A DNA stretch of 64,000 nucleotides from an uncultured Candidatus Binatia bacterium (lineage in GTDB: Bacteria > Desulfobacterota > Binatia > Bin18). Each line of letters begins with the position of its first letter. Positions within the stretch are counted from its first letter, which is position 1. The position numbers and the translations under genes were made by a program. The notes under the pieces are model-generated. The model was not told the origin of the DNA. It did no database searches and worked only from the letters and a program-made list of their open reading frames with translations. This document shows positions 1 through 8,433 of the stretch, piece after piece. Location: NCBI GenBank assembly GCA_965200965.1, contig OZ241744.1:448001-512000 (forward strand). The letters are read 5' to 3'.

Positions 1-119
1 ACAGGGGACAGAGGAGGCGTGGGCCCTGCGTTGTCAGTGGCGCGTTCGTATCCTCGGCTTTCTCCCCATCTTCTTCCCAGCCCTCCGGCGTCGGTTCGAG
101 CCGCAAGGAGGGTTTGTGT

Positions 120-944
120 ATGCAGCACGCCGCGCCAAAGGTCACTGTTCCCGAACTCCAGCGTCTCAAAACAGCCGCCACAAAGATCACGGCTCTCACC
201 GCCTACGATTATCCGTTCGCCCGGATTGTTGATGAGAGTGGGGTTGACATCATCCTGGTTGGCGACTCGCTGGGGACTGCCGTGCAGGGGGCCGATACCA
301 CCCTGCCGGTGACGCTGGACGAGATGGTCTATCACACCAAGCTGGTCAGCCGGGCCCGGCCGCGGGCGCTGGTTGTGGCGGACATGCCGTTTCTCACCTA
401 CCAGGCCGGTATCTGCGCCGCCATTGCCAACGCTGGCCGTTTACTCAAAGAGGGCGGGGCCGAGGCAGTCAAGCTGGAGGGCGGGGTCAATGTCCAGCGG
501 GTGGTCCGGGCCATCAGCCACGTTGATATCCCGGTGATGGGGCACATCGGCCTGACGCCCCAGTCGGTGCATCGGATGGGCGGCTTCAAGGTCCAGGGGA
601 AAAAGCCGGGCCGCCGGCCTGGAGCCCGGGAGCGTTTGCTGGAAGACGCCCAGGCGGTGGAGGACGCCGGGGCCTTTGCGATTGTGCTTGAAGGTGTCCC
701 GCTCGATTTGGCCCAGGAGATAACCGGGCGCTTGTCTATCCCGACCATCGGCATTGGCGCTGGCCCCTGGTGTGACGGACAGATCCTGGTCCTGCACGAT
801 CTGCTCGGCTTGGGCGGGAAGTTCTCACCCAGGTTTGTCAAGCAGTACGCCGACCTTCAGGCTGTGATTTCCCACGCTGTCGGGGCCTATATCGAAGATG
901 TGCGGGCCGGAGCCTTTCCGCTCGACGTGCACTCTTTTCACTAG
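120..944 (+). CDS. panB: 3-methyl-2-oxobutanoate hydroxymethyltransferase
   Basis: LTAYD, LVGDSLG, VKLEGG and GHIGLTPQ motifs; AAGGAGG RBS before ATG120. Confidence 0.97.
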   Translation: MQHAAPKVTVPELQRLKTAATKITALTAYDYPFARIVDESGVDIILVGDSLGTAVQGADTTLPVTLDEMVYHTKLVSRARPRALVVADMPFLTYQAGICAAIANAGRLLKEGGAEAVKLEGGVNVQRVVRAISHVDIPVMGHIGLTPQSVHRMGGFKVQGKKPGRRPGARERLLEDAQAVEDAGAFAIVLEGVPLDLAQEITGRLSIPTIGIGAGPWCDGQILVLHDLLGLGGKFSPRFVKQYADLQAVISHAVGAYIEDVRAGAFPLDVHSFH

Positions 945-959
945 GCCGGGGAGCCGATC

Positions 960-1802
960 ATGCACCTCATTCAGCGTGTCTCCGACATGCAGGGCTGGTC
1001 AGACGCCCAGCGTCAGGCCGGCAAGAGAATTGCCTTTGTGCCGACCATGGGCTTTCTCCACGAAGGACACCTCAGCTTGGTGCGAGAAGCCAACACAGTG
1101 GGCGACCTTGTCGTAGTCTCGATCTTTGTCAACCCCATGCAGTTTAACCAGCAGGCCGATTTTGCGTCCTATCCCCGGGATGACGAGCGGGACCGGCGCT
1201 TGCTCGCCGAGCTTGGTACCGATGTGCTGTTTAACCCCGATGTCTCAGAGATGTACCCCGACGGCTATCAAACTGCGGTCGAGGTCGAAAAGCTCAGTCA
1301 GCCCTTGTGCGGTGCCCACCGGCCGGGGCATTTTCGTGGGGTGACAACGGTGGTGGCCAAGCTGTTCAACATGGTCAAGCCCCACACCGCCCTGTTCGGT
1401 GAAAAGGACTTCCAGCAGTGCGTGGTGATTAAACGCATGGTCAGGGACCTGAATTTTGACCTGGACATTGTGGCCGTGCCGACCGTTCGTGAGCCGGACG
1501 GGTTGGCCATGAGTTCCCGCAACGCCCGGCTCAGCCCGGCCCAGCGGCACACCAGCCTGTGTATTGCAAGCGCGCTGAACAAGGCCCAACAGTTGGTTGC
1601 TCAGGGCGAACGGCAGGCCGCGACCATCCTCCAGGTCGTGTACAACACGGTCGGCGGCACGGATGACACGCGCCTGGAATACGCCTCGCTGTGTGACCCT
1701 GAGACGCTGGAGGAGGTTGAGACAGTGACCCGGCCGACGCTGTTGGCCATTGCCGCCTGGGTCGGCGAGGTGCGACTGATCGACAACCGGGTAATCGGCT
1801 GA
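960..1802 (+). CDS. panC: pantoate--beta-alanine ligase
   Basis: PTMGFLHEGH, SIFVNP, FGEKDFQQ, GLAMSSRN, RLIDN; follows panB. Confidence 0.97.
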   Translation: MHLIQRVSDMQGWSDAQRQAGKRIAFVPTMGFLHEGHLSLVREANTVGDLVVVSIFVNPMQFNQQADFASYPRDDERDRRLLAELGTDVLFNPDVSEMYPDGYQTAVEVEKLSQPLCGAHRPGHFRGVTTVVAKLFNMVKPHTALFGEKDFQQCVVIKRMVRDLNFDLDIVAVPTVREPDGLAMSSRNARLSPAQRHTSLCIASALNKAQQLVAQGERQAATILQVVYNTVGGTDDTRLEYASLCDPETLEEVETVTRPTLLAIAAWVGEVRLIDNRVIG

Positions 1803-1804
1803 GC

Positions 1805-2284
1805 ATGGCCAGAAAACCACACTCCAGCCCGGGCCAGAAACTCATCTGCGCCAACCGTCGGGCCCGCTTTGAGTATCATATTGAGGAAACCCATGAGGCC
1901 GGTCTTGTCCTGACCGGCGCAGAGGTCAAATCGCTGCGTGAGGGGCGGGCCAATCTGAACGACAGCTTTGCCCGGGTGACCCGCGGCGAAGCCTTTTTGC
2001 TGAACGCCCACATCAGCCACTACGAACCGGCCCACCACTTCAGGACCGACCCTGCCCGGGCGCGTAAACTCTTGCTGCACAAGAAAGAAATCCTGCGCCT
2101 GATGGGCAAGGTCCAGGAGCAGGGCTTGACCCTTGTCCCGTTGCGTCTATACTTGAAGAACGGCAAGGCCAAGGTGGAACTGGCGCTTGCCAAAGGCAAG
2201 AAGCTCTACGATAAACGAGCCACTGCCCGGGAGCGTGAGGTCAAACGCGACTTGGCCCGAGCCATGCGCAGACAGGCCGGCTAG
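1805..2284 (+). CDS. smpB: SsrA-binding protein
   Basis: NRRARFEY, EAGLVLTGAEVKSLR, RKLLLHKKEI, KGKKLYDKR; adjacent to tmRNA. Confidence 0.97.
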   Translation: MARKPHSSPGQKLICANRRARFEYHIEETHEAGLVLTGAEVKSLREGRANLNDSFARVTRGEAFLLNAHISHYEPAHHFRTDPARARKLLLHKKEILRLMGKVQEQGLTLVPLRLYLKNGKAKVELALAKGKKLYDKRATAREREVKRDLARAMRRQAG

Positions 2285-2310
2285 GGAAGCGCGCTTGCCA
2301 CATCTCAGAC

Positions 2311-2660
2311 GGGGGCGACTTGGTTTCGACGGGGGTGAGAAAGCCAAAGCTGCGTGCCGGGGTTCTGTCTTTCCCGTAAAACAGGCAGGCTGCACTTTAC
2401 CTGCAGACGATTCTGAATACGCTCTGGCTGCCTAGCGCGGCCAGCGTCTCACCGGTCCGTGCCCGTAGGGCCGGCTGAGGCGTCGCAAATCGGGATACGG
2501 CCGCTCCCCTGCCGGGAGGTAGTGGCCCGACAATGTTTCCGGCTGGCCTCGGCGCATCCTGCGTGTGGGAGACGCCGAGGCGAGATAAAAACACGCGCTA
2601 CGCATGTAGACGCTTTCGGTGGCCCACTCTCGGACGCGGGTTCGATTCCCGCCGCCTCCA
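2311..2660 (+). ncRNA. ssrA: tmRNA; tag peptide (A)ADDSEYALAA encoded at 2403-2435
   Basis: 5' GGGGGCGACTTGGTTTCGAC, 3' T-arm GCGGGTTCGATTCCCGCCGCCTCCA, tag ORF ending YALAA*; directly after smpB. Confidence 0.95.
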
Positions 2661-2783
2661 TTCCTTCCACACCAGACTACACAGCGAGACGCCCGGCACA
2701 GCTCAAGGGCTGGACGGGCCGGGACAGGGCCGACTGTGTTTGCTATGCTTGAGCCGACCCAAGCAGATGAGAGGACCCCAGCT

Positions 2784-3638
2784 ATGGCAGAGCGCATGTT
2801 TGGCATGAACAAGGCGTTCATCTCCGAGGTCACTCCCCCAGCGGGGCTCTCAGGGCCGGCTTGGTGGTTTGCCTTTCACCGCAACCGCCTGCTGGTCTGT
2901 GTGACGGACCGCGGCGGCTTGGCCGTGCCGTCTGCCGAGCGCGTCGAAGAACTCGGGGTGAGCGCTACCCAGCGGCACTATCTCGGGCGCTATGAGGGCC
3001 GGGCGTGTTACGCGCTGGATGTGGCAGAAGAGGCGGCTCCGGGCGGCATGGACTTCAAGGATTTGCGCCGGGTGTACGCCGGGCTGGACGAAGACCTGTT
3101 TGTGCTGGCCGGGCGGGCGGTGCAGATTGTGGAGTGGGACCGCACCCACCAATACTGTGGCCGGTGTGGCAGCAAAACCTGCACCAAGGACAATGAGCGG
3201 GCCAAAGCCTGCCCCGAATGCCAGTTGACGAATTTCCCGCGGCTGTCGCCCGCGGTCATCATGGCGGTTGAGCGGGGCAAGGAGTTGTTGCTGGCCCGCT
3301 CATCACGTTTTCCCAGTGGCCTGTACAGCGTCCTGGCCGGTTTTGTTGAGCCGGGCGAGACCATTGAGGAATGTGTGGTGCGCGAGGTCAAAGAAGAGGT
3401 CGGCATCAGCGTCGGCAAGGTGCGCTATGTGGCCAGCCAGCCGTGGCCCTTCCCCAACTCGCTGATGCTGGGGTTTAGTGCCGAGTACCTCTCCGGCGAG
3501 ATTACGCCCGACCCGGTCGAGATTGCGGAGGCCGGCTGGTTCACTGCGGACGCCCTGCCGTCCATCCCGGGCCGCATCAGCATTGCCCGGCGGCTGATCG
3601 ATCGCTTTGTGGCAAAGCAGGCGCGGCAAAAGCGGTGA
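2784..3638 (+). CDS. nudC: NAD(+) diphosphatase (Nudix)
   Basis: Zn ribbon CGRCG...CPEC, Nudix box [29 protein letters not shown] motif; start codon choice uncertain. Confidence 0.93.
   Translation: MAERMFGMNKAFISEVTPPAGLSGPAWWFAFHRNRLLVCVTDRGGLAVPSAERVEELGVSATQRHYLGRYEGRACYALDVAEEAAPGGMDFKDLRRVYAGLDEDLFVLAGRAVQIVEWDRTHQYCGRCGSKTCTKDNERAKACPECQLTNFPRLSPAVIMAVERGKELLLARSSRFPSGLYSVLAGFVEPGETIEECVVREVKEEVGISVGKVRYVASQPWPFPNSLMLGFSAEYLSGEITPDPVEIAEAGWFTADALPSIPGRISIARRLIDRFVAKQARQKR
3261..3628 (+). repeat. direct repeat copy 1 (nudC 3' portion), 368 bp, repeated at 5862-6229
   Basis: by-eye alignment at offset 2601; 2 substitutions seen. Confidence 0.95.
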
Positions 3639-3728
3639 ACTCAGCCGGCAATTCGTTGCCTGGCCCGCGCAACTGTTTGGATGTGCGCTAAGCTGGCCCG
3701 GAGATGCTCGAAGAGGAGAGATGACGGC

Positions 3729-4355
3729 ATGGACCGTGTGTTTATCTATTGGGACAATTCCAACATTTTTCACGAGGCACAGCGTCTCGCCGAGTTGCGA
3801 AACGAAGGCCCTCACGCCCGCTACCGGGTGCGTATCAACTTTGACAATATGCTGCGGCTAGCCCATGCCGGCCGGCCGCTGGAGAGGGCGTTTGCCGCGG
3901 GGTCTGTTCCGCCCGAAATGCGCCAGTTGTGGAATCGGATGGAAAGCAACGGGGTGGAAGTCCGGCTATTTGACCGCGGCGGTGCGGGGCGAAGTGAACA
4001 GGACATACCCGACCAGGTGCTCCAGTTGCGGATGCTGGAGGACGCCCTGGATTACAACGGCGACCCCGGCATTGTGGTGCTGCTGACGGGCGACGGAGCC
4101 GGCTACTCTGAGGGAGCAGGCTTCCACAGTACCTTGGAGCGGATGCACCGACGCGGCTGGCGGGTGGAAATTCTGTCGTGGGCGCATTCCTGCAATCAGC
4201 GTATGCGCAGATGGGCCGAGCAGAACGGCGTGTTTGTCGCTTTGGACGACTTCTATGAGTCTCTCACCTTCATGCAGCCGTCCAGGCCGGGGGATGAGTT
4301 TGCGCCGGCGCGTGACGCTGCGGAACTGGACATGTCGCAGCGTCCCAGGGCGTGA
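3729..4355 (+). CDS. NYN (LabA/DUF88) PIN-fold nuclease
   Basis: FIYWDNSN, EQDIPD, LLTGDG, WRVEILSW acidic PIN pattern; AGGAGA RBS. Confidence 0.8.
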   Translation: MDRVFIYWDNSNIFHEAQRLAELRNEGPHARYRVRINFDNMLRLAHAGRPLERAFAAGSVPPEMRQLWNRMESNGVEVRLFDRGGAGRSEQDIPDQVLQLRMLEDALDYNGDPGIVVLLTGDGAGYSEGAGFHSTLERMHRRGWRVEILSWAHSCNQRMRRWAEQNGVFVALDDFYESLTFMQPSRPGDEFAPARDAAELDMSQRPRA

Positions 4356-4413
4356 TTGCCCAACGGGACAAGGGGTATTCGAGGGCGCGCCTCCAAGCTG
4401 AAACTCCCCATCG

Positions 4414-4462
4414 TGTAGGTCGGGTTAGCCGCAAGGCGTAAGCGACATGTCGGCTAACCCGA
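4414..4462. repeat. GTAG-type REP-like palindrome, copy 1, with extra inverted arm
   Basis: TGTAGGTCGGGTTAGCC-GCAA-GGCGTAAGCGACA; 4420-4431 and 4451-4462 are perfect reverse complements. Confidence 0.75.
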
Positions 4463-5416
4463 ACTTACAGGCGGAGATGGTGGAATGGGAATCGGCGGCT
4501 GTTGTTTAACCCACCTCTTTCCTTTGTCGCTGGCGATGAATTTCAAGGAAGGTGAATGCTCGAAAATCAAGGTCATCAAGTGATATGCAGTTAGAACATC
4601 GTTTTGTAATCCCTGATCTTCTTCAAGAAATTCCACCTTTACCCCGAGTTCCTGGAGTTTTGCCGTCCCAATCCTCTGACCATGAACATGAACTTGGCCG
4701 TAGCAGGGCATATATTCTGCGTTGAAATATGACGCAATTTCACCGGCTTTCCTCTTTCTCTCTTGCTCATCGCTGATGTCTTTGAGCATTCTCTTACTAA
4801 GCCAGTTTGCCACCAACTCCTTACTGTATGCCAAAGCCTTTTCGGCTTCCAGGACGAGCGAAGGTCCCATATTCTGCAAAACAGGTGCCCAGAGGTGGGC
4901 TAATTTCGTGTCCTTCTCAATATCCTCTCTTGCCTTACTAAAGCCCTCCTGAATCGCCCTGGCCGAGTACGTTTCATTTCCAATGCCAAACTGAGGATCA
5001 ATTGGCCCGAGCTGGCTCTGCCTGCCGAGCACCAGTAGATCGCTTGCAAGGCTTATCATTGCCCCAGCAGACATAGCCAAATATGGCACAATCACCTCAA
5101 TTTGGTCGAACTTGGAATGGAGGTATTCCACTATACTCTCAACAGCGTTCGGATCTCCTCCCGGAGTATGGAGGAGCAGCACGAGCCCCCTCTCTGTCGG
5201 CGTGTCGTAAAGTGCATTCATGAAACCGTTCATGTCTTCTCTGGTAATAGATACCTTCTCGACAGCCTTTTGCAGAAATGCAGAGGCGTAGAAGATCACA
5301 GCAGCACCGCTACGACGCCTTGAGATGGCACCCAAATGTTTCTTCAACTCCGTATCAAGCCAGTCAGGGTCCTTCTGAGCTGTAAAGGCTTTTAGCAATT
5401 CACTCCAGGAAGCCAT
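4454..5416 (-). CDS. ClpP/S49-class serine protease (SDH_sah-like)
   Basis: LLLHTPGG, AMSAGAMI (catalytic Ser), QLGPIDPQ; visibly lower GC than backbone. Confidence 0.8.
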   Translation of the reverse strand: MASWSELLKAFTAQKDPDWLDTELKKHLGAISRRRSGAAVIFYASAFLQKAVEKVSITREDMNGFMNALYDTPTERGLVLLLHTPGGDPNAVESIVEYLHSKFDQIEVIVPYLAMSAGAMISLASDLLVLGRQSQLGPIDPQFGIGNETYSARAIQEGFSKAREDIEKDTKLAHLWAPVLQNMGPSLVLEAEKALAYSKELVANWLSKRMLKDISDEQERKRKAGEIASYFNAEYMPCYGQVHVHGQRIGTAKLQELGVKVEFLEEDQGLQNDVLTAYHLMTLIFEHSPSLKFIASDKGKRWVKQQPPIPIPPSPPVSSG

Positions 5417-5418
5417 GT

Positions 5419-5625
5419 TTAGCCCTTTTGTTTGACGCGAATAGTGTCTGTCGTTAGGGGATGTTCCAGGCTGGGAGGCTGTGGGTGTACCACTGGGGTC
5501 TCCTTCCGCGTTGGCAGCGCATAAAGCTCGCTCACCTCCACATACTGCTGGTATTGGCTTTTCACCTCTTCCAGGGTTTTCAGGTAATCCGCCGAGATTT
5601 TTTCCCTTTCAGCTTTTTCAGACAT
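5419..5625 (-). CDS. 68-aa hypothetical protein immediately upstream of the protease
   Basis: GAGGAGG RBS; stop 2 nt before protease ATG. Confidence 0.65.
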   Translation of the reverse strand: MSEKAEREKISADYLKTLEEVKSQYQQYVEVSELYALPTRKETPVVHPQPPSLEHPLTTDTIRVKQKG

Positions 5626-5679
5626 GGCGTTTCCCTCCTCTCGCTCAGAGAAAATGTATCTATCTAAAGGTTGGAAATG

Positions 5680-5871
5680 TCAAGGACTCTCGCCCCACAT
5701 CCGCCCGACCGCCGCGCCTATCTTCCGCTCCATCCGCTCTACCAACTCCCGGTTGGTGGCGACAAGGGCTTGCTCAGCCTCAATCTCGGCAACGATGGTT
5801 TGCTGGATCGCGAGAGACGGCAGGGGAATCTTGTGTTCCTCAACTACCGTCTTACGCATAGATGGCGGTTG
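5680..5871 (-). pseudogene. 3' fragment of hsdS (last conserved region), alternative allele of 9974-10156
   Basis: [30 protein letters not shown]...MWGESP*; about 10 mismatches over 183 bp versus the full gene. Confidence 0.9.
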
Positions 5872-6236
5872 AGCGGGGCAAGGAGTTGTTGCTGGCCCGC
5901 TCATCACGTTTTCCCAGTGGCCTGTACAGCGTCCTGGCCGGTTTTGTTGAGCCGGGCGAGACCATTGAGGAATGTGTGGTGCGCGAGGTCAAAGAAGAGG
6001 TCGGCGTCAGCGTCGGCAAGGTGCGCTATGTGGCCAGCCAGCCGTGGCCCTTCCCCAACTCGCTGATGCTGGGGTTTAGTGCCGAGTACCTCTCTGGCGA
6101 GATTACGCCCGACCCGGTCGAGATTGCGGAGGCCGGCTGGTTCACTGCGGACGCCCTGCCGTCCATCCCGGGCCGCATCAGCATTGCCCGGCGGCTGATC
6201 GATCGCTTTGTGGCAAAGCAGGCGCGGCACAAATAG
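5862..6236 (+). pseudogene. duplicated 3' portion of nudC (Nudix domain only)
   Basis: near-identical to 3261-3628; ends ARHK* instead of ARQKR*; lacks N-terminus and Zn ribbon. Confidence 0.92.
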
Positions 6237-6273
6237 CCGGATTTTGGGCCTTTTTCCATTTGACCATGATCTC

Positions 6274-6312
6274 TTGACCTGAAGATACGCTCCGGCTATA
6301 CCGAGCGTATCT
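6274..6312 (+). promoter_or_regulatory. sigma70-like promoter overlapped by a 10-bp inverted repeat
   Basis: TTGACC-17-TATACC; AGATACGCTC(6283-92)/GAGCGTATCT(6303-12). Confidence 0.5.
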
Positions 6313-6363
6313 CTTCTGTGGCCCTGCGTCTTGCGCGCAGGGGCAGATAAGGACAGCGATTTC

Positions 6364-7491
6364 ATGTCCGCAGAACCATCAAACAAAGCCCTCCATCTTC
6401 CGAGCCTTTCAATCAAAGGCTTTCGCGGGATCAAGGAACTCTCGATTCCGCGTTTAGGCCGCGTGACGCTGTTCGTGGGGAAGAACGGAGTTGGCAAGAC
6501 GACCCTGCTTGATGCCGTCCGGGTCTTTGCCGCGCGGGGCCGCTATTCTGTGCTCGCGGATATACTGCGGCAGCGCGATGAGCTTACCGACGCCATTCAT
6601 GAGGACGGTGGCGAAATGCTCGTGCCCAATTGGGAGGCTCTTTTCCACGGTTGGCATTCCTCGCCAGATGAGCCTATTTCAATAGGTCTGGAGGGAGAAA
6701 CGTCACCGCTCTGTATAAGAACTGTTCCAATCAGTGAAAGAAATCTGGCGCAATGGAGGAGGGGTATTCCTGAACATTTCCTAGATGATGATATGCAGGC
6801 GCTCAAGATCGAGTGCCAAGGCGCAAAGCAAGAAATACCAATAGGCAACTTGGGGGGCCGCATCCCATTCCGTTTCACACGTCGGGTATGGCGGAACGAT
6901 GAAACCCAACTGCCCTCCGAAATCCTCTGCGAGTCTCTGGGACCGAGCTTGCTGAGCAATGCGGATGTGGCGCGGTTCTGGGATAAGGTAGTGCTGAGAG
7001 ATGACGAAACCCCGGCCACGCGAGCGCTGAGACTGATCTTCGACTCCGTGGACCGTGTTGCGGTGATCGGTGATGATAGAAGGACACGCCCTTATTACGG
7101 CCGGCGGGCGCTCGTAAAGCTCAAAGAGCGGCCGGTTCCTTTGAAAAGCCTGGGCGATGGAGCCGTGCGCCTGCTCGGCGTCGCCCTGGCTCTCGCCAAC
7201 AGCCAGGGCGGCTTTCTGGTGATTGACGAGGCCGAGAACGGTATCCATTACTCAGTGCAGCACGATTTCTGGCGCATGGTCCTGAGAACGGCCTATGCGA
7301 ATAATGTGCAGGTTATCGCCACAACCCATAGTTGGGACTGCACGGTAGGCTTTGCCCAAGCGGCCGCGGATGTGGAGGAGGTCAAAGGCGTGCTCATTCG
7401 CCTTCAAGGGGACGGCGACCAACTCCGCGCCGTGGAATACTCCGAGGACGCTCTCAAGACTGCTGCTGAGCAGGGCATTGAGGTCAGATAG
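6364..7491 (+). CDS. ABC/AAA_21-type ATPase
   Basis: IKGFRGI, Walker A GKNGVGKT, signature SLGDG, Walker B LVIDEAENGIH, TTHS. Confidence 0.88.
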   Translation: MSAEPSNKALHLPSLSIKGFRGIKELSIPRLGRVTLFVGKNGVGKTTLLDAVRVFAARGRYSVLADILRQRDELTDAIHEDGGEMLVPNWEALFHGWHSSPDEPISIGLEGETSPLCIRTVPISERNLAQWRRGIPEHFLDDDMQALKIECQGAKQEIPIGNLGGRIPFRFTRRVWRNDETQLPSEILCESLGPSLLSNADVARFWDKVVLRDDETPATRALRLIFDSVDRVAVIGDDRRTRPYYGRRALVKLKERPVPLKSLGDGAVRLLGVALALANSQGGFLVIDEAENGIHYSVQHDFWRMVLRTAYANNVQVIATTHSWDCTVGFAQAAADVEEVKGVLIRLQGDGDQLRAVEYSEDALKTAAEQGIEVR

Positions 7492-7494
7492 CCG

Positions 7495-8130
7495 GTGAAT
7501 CGCCCTCCTTCGTCGCCACCGGCCCCCCGTATTCTTCTGGTTGAAGGGGACGACGACAAACATGTCGTCCGGTACATCTACATCCGCGATCGTTCTCAAT
7601 CCCCATCAACCTTTTGTATTAAAGCCAAGGGGGGTATTGACCAATTGCTTCTGTCTATTGGTCCTGAAATCAAGGCACCAAGCCGGCAGGTTGTTGGTAT
7701 TCTTGTTGACGCAAACAACGATTTGGCCGCGCGTTGGGACGCTGTAACAAAGCGGCTTCGGGATGAGAATATCAAAGTGCCTGAACACCCTGATCCAACG
7801 GGGACGCTCATAGATACGAAGGGCAAGCCCCGCGTTGGTATCTGGTTGATGCCGGATAATGAATCGCCCGGCGAGCTTGAAAATTTTGTTGTGCAAATGA
7901 TACCCCGTGAGGACCCGGTGTGGCCGTTGTCCCGGGACTATATTGACGGGATTCCACAAGCAGACAGAAAGTTCTCAGCGAAGAAGGAGTTGAGAGCGCA
8001 GCTTTACGCTTGGCTGGCCGCCAGGGAGGACCCCAGGCGCATGGGCTTAGCCATTGGTGCGGGCAATTTGGGAATTGATGGGGACCTCAGCCAGAAATTC
8101 GTTGACTGGCTCGCGCGTCTGTTTGGATAG
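7495..8130 (+). CDS. DUF3226-like TOPRIM-fold protein, partner of the ATPase
   Basis: LLVEGDDD, GILVDAN, WLMPDNESPGELENF; starts 3 nt after ATPase stop. Confidence 0.75.
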   Translation: MNRPPSSPPAPRILLVEGDDDKHVVRYIYIRDRSQSPSTFCIKAKGGIDQLLLSIGPEIKAPSRQVVGILVDANNDLAARWDAVTKRLRDENIKVPEHPDPTGTLIDTKGKPRVGIWLMPDNESPGELENFVVQMIPREDPVWPLSRDYIDGIPQADRKFSAKKELRAQLYAWLAAREDPRRMGLAIGAGNLGIDGDLSQKFVDWLARLFG

Positions 8131-8156
8131 GGGCCGGTGTTGGGCGTCCTTAGTCA

Positions 8157-8190
8157 TGTAGGTCGGGTTAGCCGCAAGGCATAATCCGAC
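8157..8190. repeat. GTAG-type REP-like palindrome, copy 2
   Basis: TGTAGGTCGGGTTAGCC-GCAA-GGCATAATCCGAC hairpin; shares first 24 nt with the 4414 copy. Confidence 0.75.
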
Positions 8191-8388
8191 TGGCGGGTGG
8201 AAATTCTGTCATGGGCGCATTCCTGCAATCAGCGTATGCGCAGATGGGCCGAGCAGAACGGCGTGTTTGTCGCTTTGGACGACTTCTATGAGTCTCTCAC
8301 CTTCATGCAGCCGTCCAGGCCGGGGGATGAGTTTGCGCCGGCGCGTGACGCTGCGGAACTGGACGTGTCGCAGCGGACGGTGGCTTGA
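8190..8388 (+). pseudogene. duplicated 3' end of the NYN gene
   Basis: matches 4157-4342 at offset 4033 with 2 substitutions seen; ends QRTVA* versus QRPRA*. Confidence 0.92.
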
Positions 8389-8433
8389 TTGCGTAGCGTT
8401 CCGGCGATACTCGAAGATTCAACGAATATGTTG

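Noticed and set aside
2631-2680. ssrA 3' end as attachment site of an integrated element
   Set aside because: I saw no duplicate of the tmRNA 3' end and no integrase in the window; the variable region starts after nudC.
2187-2783. Short ORFs across the tmRNA and the extended nudC start at 2619
   Set aside because: Explained by ssrA; only the tag frame is meaningful.
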